DNA of 63,415 nucleotides, filler included, from Asterionella formosa (Eukaryota): assembly GCA_002256025.1 (NCBI GenBank). It is 8 parts of 8 records of this genome, joined end to end, with 100 filler letters (N's around TTAATTAATTAA, not from the genome) between each part and the next. Parts side by side here need not be neighbours in the genome. Positions count along the whole stretch, not along the records: positions 56,639 to 58,252 come from NKIB01001716.1; positions 58,353 to 59,974 come from NKIB01001717.1; positions 60,075 to 61,695 come from NKIB01001718.1; positions 61,796 to 63,415 come from NKIB01001719.1; 4 more parts are not named here. The stretch is one strand, 5' to 3'. This document shows, piece by piece, positions 56,713-63,415 of this stretch. The notes beneath the pieces are model-generated. The model had not been told where the DNA came from. It ran no database searches and saw only the letters and a list, made by a program, of their open reading frames with translations. Every line of letters begins with the position of its first letter. Within the stretch, counting starts at the first letter, position 1. A program made the position numbers and the translations under genes.

Positions 56713-57870
56713 TCATTTTCCATATTTCTTAGCATTTGCCTTCATATCGTCAACATATTCAACAGATATAACTTGTGCAAACACAACTTCATCTTTGCCT
56801 TCCTTCGAAGAGCCCTTCTTCGAAACCAAATCATCATCCACAGACCAATCATCAGCAACCATGGCCGCCTCAATATCGGCCATTGCGTCATTAAATTCGC
56901 GGTCTTCGCGAGTTTCAAGATGTGAATCCAACATTTGGTTGCCATGGTTGAATTCCCCGCCAATTCGTATCAAAACTGGTGCATCGGTTAATACAGTCTC
57001 CTTATCGCTTTCATCTTTGGTCCTTTGTGACTTGAGGAAAAGATAGTTAACGCAACCAGCTGCAACTATAAGGGCGATGATGATACTGGCCAAACCAAAA
57101 ATCACCTTCACTACCCTGCGGTTTGGTTTTCCTGGAATCATACTTGGAGACGAAGAAGGAGAATCGAACGTCAGCTCAAACTGCTCAAGTGAGGAATTCT
57201 CTGCTGGCTTGATAGTTGAAAGGACCATCAATGGTAGAGACGATGGGACCATGTCCTGCCTCAAAACCGAAGGAGACCTAGTGAGAGACAGTGATGGCGA
57301 CGATTTGCCAATAGTGACAGTCACAGTGCCAGCGCCAGTAGAAATCACAGTGGGACGTCGAGAAGGCGAAGGGGACGGATGTACCGACGGAAAAGTAGAG
57401 GGCGAGTCGCTGGGAGATTGTGAGGGCTCCTCGCCACCCACAAATGCGCAATACTCATCGTTGTCAATTGTGTTGCTTCCTATTCCATTGTAGTACAAAG
57501 GATTGCACGACAGGCACCTATACTGCCCGTATTGCTTCTGGTAGAAACCAGTAGGGCACGAATCGCACGATATAGATATGTATCCCCCAGAAAACGTACC
57601 AGGAGGGCAAAGCTGGCAAACAGAGGCTTCAGGATCATCCGAGTATTGTCCTACTTCGCAGGGAAAGCGATCGTTGGAGTTACTTGGTGAGTACCAGCCT
57701 ACACCGACAGCTACACAGTGGCGAATTCCTCCTTCATAGACCCTTTCGTCAGCATCGAAACATCCAGCTGCACAGCGTTGATTTGTGTTGTAACAGCTGG
57801 CTGCGACAACGTTAGTGATGGAAGGCAGAGCCAAGATTGCAGCAGTGAAAAGAGCCTTAACGAAGATCAT
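56713..57870 (-). CDS. Single-pass type I membrane protein: signal peptide, TNFR/GCC2-GCC3-like Cys repeats, P/S stalk, acidic cytoplasmic tail, 385 aa
   Basis: ATG at 57870 with a hydrophobic leader; CQLCPPG/CDSCPTG repeats; one TM segment (VIFGLASIIIALIVAAGCV). Confidence 0.85.
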   Translation of the reverse strand: MIFVKALFTAAILALPSITNVVAASCYNTNQRCAAGCFDADERVYEGGIRHCVAVGVGWYSPSNSNDRFPCEVGQYSDDPEASVCQLCPPGTFSGGYISISCDSCPTGFYQKQYGQYRCLSCNPLYYNGIGSNTIDNDEYCAFVGGEEPSQSPSDSPSTFPSVHPSPSPSRRPTVISTGAGTVTVTIGKSSPSLSLTRSPSVLRQDMVPSSLPLMVLSTIKPAENSSLEQFELTFDSPSSSPSMIPGKPNRRVVKVIFGLASIIIALIVAAGCVNYLFLKSQRTKDESDKETVLTDAPVLIRIGGEFNHGNQMLDSHLETREDREFNDAMADIEAAMVADDWSVDDDLVSKKGSSKEGKDEVVFAQVISVEYVDDMKANAKKYGK

Positions 57871-58748
57871 GATTGTTGACGAGTTGACGAGTTGACGAGT
57901 TGACAGCAAGTTCTGTATTATGAGAGCTTGAAGGCGATTCTTTTGAGGGACATCGCTGATCGTTGATGGCGCGACTGTGACGACGAGCAACGAACAACGA
58001 ACAACGAACAAAACAGCAAACGTGGAAGTGGAAGCAGTCGGATTGCATCAGGAACTCAAGCATAGCGATCAGGAGCCAGAGGCAGGCGTGGAATCAATCG
58101 CCCTATACTACCGGTAATGCCTTTGATCAATGCGGCGCGGAGGCGGGGACAGAATAGACGCCATGTCGAAGATTCATTTCATTTCGTTTGCATTCAAAGT
58201 GAACAACTTCAAAGGCGAAAAAATAATTGAGTATAAAAATTTCAAATAAGAANNNNNNNNNNNNNNNNNNNNNNNNNNNNNNNNNNNNNNNNNNNNTTAA
58301 TTAATTAANNNNNNNNNNNNNNNNNNNNNNNNNNNNNNNNNNNNNNNNNNNNGATTTGCCGGTTCCACAAACAAGGCAAGCTCTGATTACAAGATTCGAC
58401 GATACCAATCACCGTGGTGACCAGCAGCCGCCATTCCCTCTCCATGCACCTCCTATTGCTGTGGTTGTTGTTACTGCACCTCCTCCTGTTGCTATTCCCT
58501 CTCCTTCTACAACTGCTACTGCCGATCCACCATTCCGTGATGAAGTTTGAGACTCCGCAAGCAAGTAATTAGATGCAAAGAAGCTCGAGATTAATGTAAT
58601 GCATCAGAAGAATTCTCCAACGATGATGCTGCACCTGCAAAAGTGTAAAACGTAAAGTAATAAGAAAATAATTTTTGTAGTATTAACGGAGTAAAAATAA
58701 ACACGGTTTGGGGGTAAAATATATCCATGTACAGATAGAAAAATATGC

Positions 58749-58955
58749 ACTGTAAGCCACCGCTATGCAATAATCTTAGTGACTTTGGAAAAATTATTTC
58801 TTCATGGCTAGATACACTGAATCAAAACTGATTCCTTAATAGTATAGCAGAGACCATTGTCTAACATAAGCTTTGTACTTGCGTCAAGTTTTGATCGTTG
58901 AATTACATAAATATTTTTAGTCGAAAGATAGAGTAAAATAGCGGTGGCTTACAGT
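58749..58955. mobile_element. MITE-like element, 207 bp, with perfect 18-bp terminal inverted repeats
   Basis: ACTGTAAGCCACCGCTAT (58749-58766) and ATAGCGGTGGCTTACAGT (58938-58955); AT-rich non-coding interior. Confidence 0.75.
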
Positions 58956-58959
58956 TTTT

Positions 58960-59665
58960 AAGTGGTACTCTCCCGCTGCAAACGAAGCCTTATACAATTC
59001 TGCAATTGAAGCCCTAAACAACCGGTTCATACCGTTAGATGGGCTCTCTAAGCAGAAAACTTATATGCGTTATCAATTAAGACTATGTAACGGCGGCATA
59101 AAAGCCTTCGTAGACCATCTATTTGAAGTAAATAATTATTTAACACATTTTCCCACTGGAAATGGTGTACCAGCAAAACTTCCCGACGAGGAGCTCATCG
59201 AGATAATCGATAGGGCCAAACCTCTCGCATGGCACGTGGCGATGCTGACAGCCAATATCGAGCCCAGTGCGATGTCACTGCAGGAAGTGACAGAGTATTT
59301 CGAACGATTAGAGCTAATGGAAAAGCTACGAAAACTTGCCGCCAAGGCATCGCCTTCGAATTCTTCTTGAATAAAACAATTCAATATAGTTGTCACATAG
59401 ACGACACAACATGTGCTACTGACGTATCCTACGATATGATTTATCGGACGGGATCTCCAAAGCGCGCTCGCCATTGACATTTCGTTCACGAGGCACGAGT
59501 TAACAAGGGAAGGAATTTCCGTCCCCATGAAAAAACGTGGTTCACTACGAGATAGAGAACATGCCCACGAGCTCATGTTAAACTTAAATGAAGGTGTCCT
59601 CACGACTGAGGCCACTTAACGCATGAAACGAATACTAGATGCTAATTATCATGCTGCGGACCTCA
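58960..59665 (+). mobile_element. Ty3/gypsy (diatom GyDi-like) relic: gag core joined to the protease C-terminus
   Basis: QKTYMR, EVNNYLTHFP, LPDEELIEII..AKP.AW and YFERLE, then frameshifted YDMI/IGRDL..LAIDISF...SVPMK and RILDANY. Confidence 0.75.
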
Positions 59666-61196
59666 AGGTTGCTGCATTTGCACCCCTAGGCAAAAATTAA
59701 AATATTGCTTAGGGTTGCCAAAATTCCCTGGAATTAAGAATTTTATTAGCTATTCTTGAATGACGTGATTCCATTTGAAATAATTAAATCAGTGGAAATT
59801 AGCGCGTACGTACATAGATTCCTTTTCGAATTCGCTAAATATATATGTAAACATTCTCCATCACTGAATGTATATATACATATAATACGATCAACATATC
59901 TGTGTCAGAGAATCAAGCTGGCAGCATGGCAAATATCGTTGATGACTATACTGGTAAGAAACAAAAAAACGCAANNNNNNNNNNNNNNNNNNNNNNNNNN
60001 NNNNNNNNNNNNNNNNNNTTAATTAATTAANNNNNNNNNNNNNNNNNNNNNNNNNNNNNNNNNNNNNNNNNNNNTAATTCATTACAAATAGGCAATGCCT
60101 GCGCTAACAATTCCGAACAAAGACGAAGGAGAATAGGAGAGGAGATCCGCCCACAACAAGCAACAGCAAACAATATCAGCAGAAGCCAAGAAAACATTGC
60201 ATTTGCTTACCATGCATACATTTGTCCCCTATGCACCAGAGGAATCCTTTCAACAATGCGACTAACAAATGATTGATAGCCTGCCTGACACAGGATAGCC
60301 ATCCTGACACAGGCAGAGCACGACGCATTTCATTATTCCCAAGGTTCAATCCTGCCCTGCCAAAAACAGATTGATTGTCTGTAGAAAAAGAACAAGGTTC
60401 GCAGAGTATGTTCATGACTGACCACTTTTCCAATTCCAAACGGCACAAGTAAGAGGAAGAACGAAATGGAGGTAAAGGAACTACAACAGCAATCAAACAT
60501 AGTTCCGAACACAAGACGAAGAAAACGAGCGACAGTGCAGAGCAACAACAAAAAGAACAACAGCAATGTGACAAAAGACCTGTTTCCATTTCCCAAAATA
60601 TTAACTGCTTACCATAATTTCTCGAACTTTCAGATGCATCCTTTCTGTGATGACAAGCAAGGAGAAACAAAAAATGCCTGCCTGTTTCTTCCAGAGGAAC
60701 CGGCCCACAACAGAGTCCTTCTTGTTATCTGGAAGCGAAGAACAAGATTCACAGAGTCAGATGATGGCTGGTTTTTAACAAAGAAGACCTTTTTACATTC
60801 CACATCAAACAATGCATGTTCAAGTTCAAACGCAGGGCGAGGAACACCAAGGCAGAGAAGGGGCATTATACAGCCACAGTAACCACAACGAAAGAGCAAT
60901 AGAATAAGAACAAGAAAAATGACAGCAGAAACAAAAACAGCAGGGACAGCGATAACGACAACGAGAACACAACCATGATAGAAGAAAAGACGACAAAAAC
61001 GACAACAATAACAATAACAATAACAATAACAATAATTTCATTTTACCATGAATGTGATATTTTGTTCCTTTCATTCCATCAGCTGCTTTTCGTTAAGGAA
61101 GCTGGCGCGGACGGTCCTCCTCGCCAACATTCATTTTGTACTAAATTTTTGTACATTTTACTTCAGAAAAAGCTGGCGCAGTCTATGCTTAGTCAG

Positions 61197-61695
61197 TATT
61201 GATCAAATTCGTCATCAGGATGCGTAAAATTTTCGGTGCTTGCTGTGGACTGATGACCAGTGCTGTAGCAACCTAAATTCCAATTCATTTCTTTCTCAAC
61301 CAATTTGATGCCGATTTCTATCTAATATATTATTTGATGTACCCGAAATCAAAGGCTTCTTGTCGAATGTCGATATGCTCAGAACGAATGTATATTGTCC
61401 AAAGGAGGCATCAGGACGTGTAAATTTTAGGACCACTGCTTTAACAACCAAACTTCCAATTCATCTTTCTCTACCAATTCATTGTCAATTTCTATCTAGC
61501 ATAGTATTCGATTTATACGAGATATCAATGCCGATATTTCGAATGTCGATATGCTCGCTCAGAACGAACATACATTGATCAAATTGCTCATCAGGATGGT
61601 GTGTAAATTTTCGGTACTTGTGGCTTGATCATTAGTGCAGTAGCAACAAAAATTCCAAACAACCCTTCTCAACCAATTTAAGGCAGATTTCTATC
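61197..61695 (+). repeat. Diverged tandem repeat, ~180-195 bp period, about 3 units
   Basis: ATTGATCAAATT...CATCAGGA...GTAAATTTT at ~61198, ~61393 and ~61575; TCGAATGTCGATATGCTC at 61363 and 61539. Confidence 0.75.
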
Positions 61696-63415
61696 NNNNN
61701 NNNNNNNNNNNNNNNNNNNNNNNNNNNNNNNNNNNNNNNTTAATTAATTAANNNNNNNNNNNNNNNNNNNNNNNNNNNNNNNNNNNNNNNNNNNNATAGT
61801 CATCAACTAATATTTGCCATGCCATCAGGGACATACGGAAAACGTGCTTGGCTTGTACACATGGAAGAGAATTTTTGATACATGTTTTAGAATTCGACGC
61901 AAAAACTAAAAGCGTTATACGTCAATGTCCTTTGGGATGGGCCGGCGGGGCAAAATGCATGCACGCCAGCCTTCCCACCAAGGAAACTTTTAACTTAAGC
62001 AGGAAGCTGACCTCTTGCTGAAACTTAAGCAGCGAACGTCAATCTTGCTTAAACTTAATCAGCAAACGAACTTCTAAGTACAGTAGGGTTAGGGGATATC
62101 TTTTCAGCCTACTGGTACCTGATAGCAGCATAGAGGGGAGCTAAGAATGCAATGACAGTGTTCAGAAGAAAAATTCTCCCGGAAAACCCAAGTGGTTTTG
62201 TCAGCCTATCGACTGTAATATATGATGACAAAAATACCGGCATATCTAATGAAAAATGTAAAATGTTTTTAATAGACTACCGGTACTTTTTACAAATAAA
62301 ATAGTATGATTTCTATATGGGAATTAGTTAGTAGTTTTTATAGCAATTGTGGACTCAATTGAAATGTACCCTGAGTATAATGACTTGGTGGTGGAAACAT
62401 CAATATGACAATGACAATTACATGGTGATCCAACTATTCTAAACAGATAAATAGTGAATTAGAAATCAATTTTTGTTTTGGGCCTGATCCCTTGTAGACA
62501 ATGGAGCATTGGAGAATGGCGCATATGTACAAATAATAAGTGTTCAATGTGAAAACGAGGCATCAAGATATCATCATCGTCGTCAAGCCCACTTGTGGGT
62601 TTCCGATTTCACTGTTTCTGTTACATCTGAACAAATCTAGTAGCTACAAAGTTTAGCTATTTTTATCCTATATTAAATTGTTTATTTAAGCAAAATGACC
62701 GCAACTTGCAGGTCCCTTGCAATTTGTTGCGGTAATTGTGCTGAAACTAAAACATAAGCTTTTTTAATCTTTTATGTTAAATTGTTTATTGAAGCAACTT
62801 ACTCTGGTACCGCTACCAGGTAATGGGAATCCAAACCCAACTTCCTGCTGGAGTCACATACCTGCGTACCTGATACCTGGTACTCCGAGTAAAACCTGGT
62901 ACCAGGTACCTGATACCGCAACGGAGTAGCACAGCTACGTTATGTACGGTATATCCTGGCTAAGAATATTGGTGATACTCCTATGTAGCAGGGCACCAGG
63001 TATTTCAGGTACCAGGTACCAGGTATGGTACCATCCCGCAGACAACATCAACCACTAAAATACGGGTACCGGTACTAATTGGTCCTATCATCGCGTAGGA
63101 AACGAAGTCGTCGTGCCTCAGGGACGCGACGAGACGAGGATTCAGATTCAAAGATTCTGGTTTGCACACCGTCGCTGATAAAGCAATTTTCTCAAGTCGT
63201 GTCTCATGTTGATTGAAAGATTCTGGTTCGCACGACGTTGCTCATAAAACAGATCAAAAATCGATCTATAATCCCATACTGCATCCTATTCAAATTCTTC
63301 TAAATCCCACCAGAATGAAGGCATCCTTCCCTTCAGAACCTGCTCCCTTCTCCGTAGACTTGATTGAAAATTCCTTGAAGCTCAAGTGGTTTCTCCAAAT
63401 GATGCATGAGCTTGG

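Noticed and set aside
60075..61075. Short ORFs and an (ACAATA)n microsatellite
   Set aside because: Low-complexity, with no motifs or consistent coding frame.
26506..61795. TTAATTAATTAA repeated in the middle of many N-runs
   Set aside because: Artificial contig linker (stops in all six frames) inserted during scaffolding; not biological.

Overview
Eukaryotic nuclear DNA, most likely from a diatom. The evidence is short GT-AG introns, bipartite signal/'AF' plastid-targeting peptides, and diatom-type copia and gypsy relics. It is a draft scaffold with N-gaps. Positions 1-8.85 kb hold a decayed Ty1/copia LTR retrotransposon whose LTR termini read AG...CT instead of TG...CA, with a DD39D mariner inserted in its 3' LTR. 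A gene-dense block follows: an NPPY-type N6-adenine-methyltransferase-like gene, a tandem SSAT-like GNAT, an 8-exon plastid-targeted repeat protein, Nup160, RSL1D1, an MFS transporter, the Exo70 3' end, a sulfotransferase-like protein, an AAA-ATPase pseudogene, ATP-citrate lyase, a Nudix hydrolase, bL35m, a DHHC palmitoyltransferase, DUS2, two related Cys-rich surface receptors, a pseudo-E2, RlmN and an LRR protein. The last ~10 kb are mostly transposon debris. The most notable observations are the non-canonical LTR ends, the one-exon-per-repeat phase-1 gene, the strongly enriched intergenic TACCGGTA/CCAGGTACC palindromes, and the orphan methyltransferase. All family assignments come from motif recognition by eye; no database searches were run.
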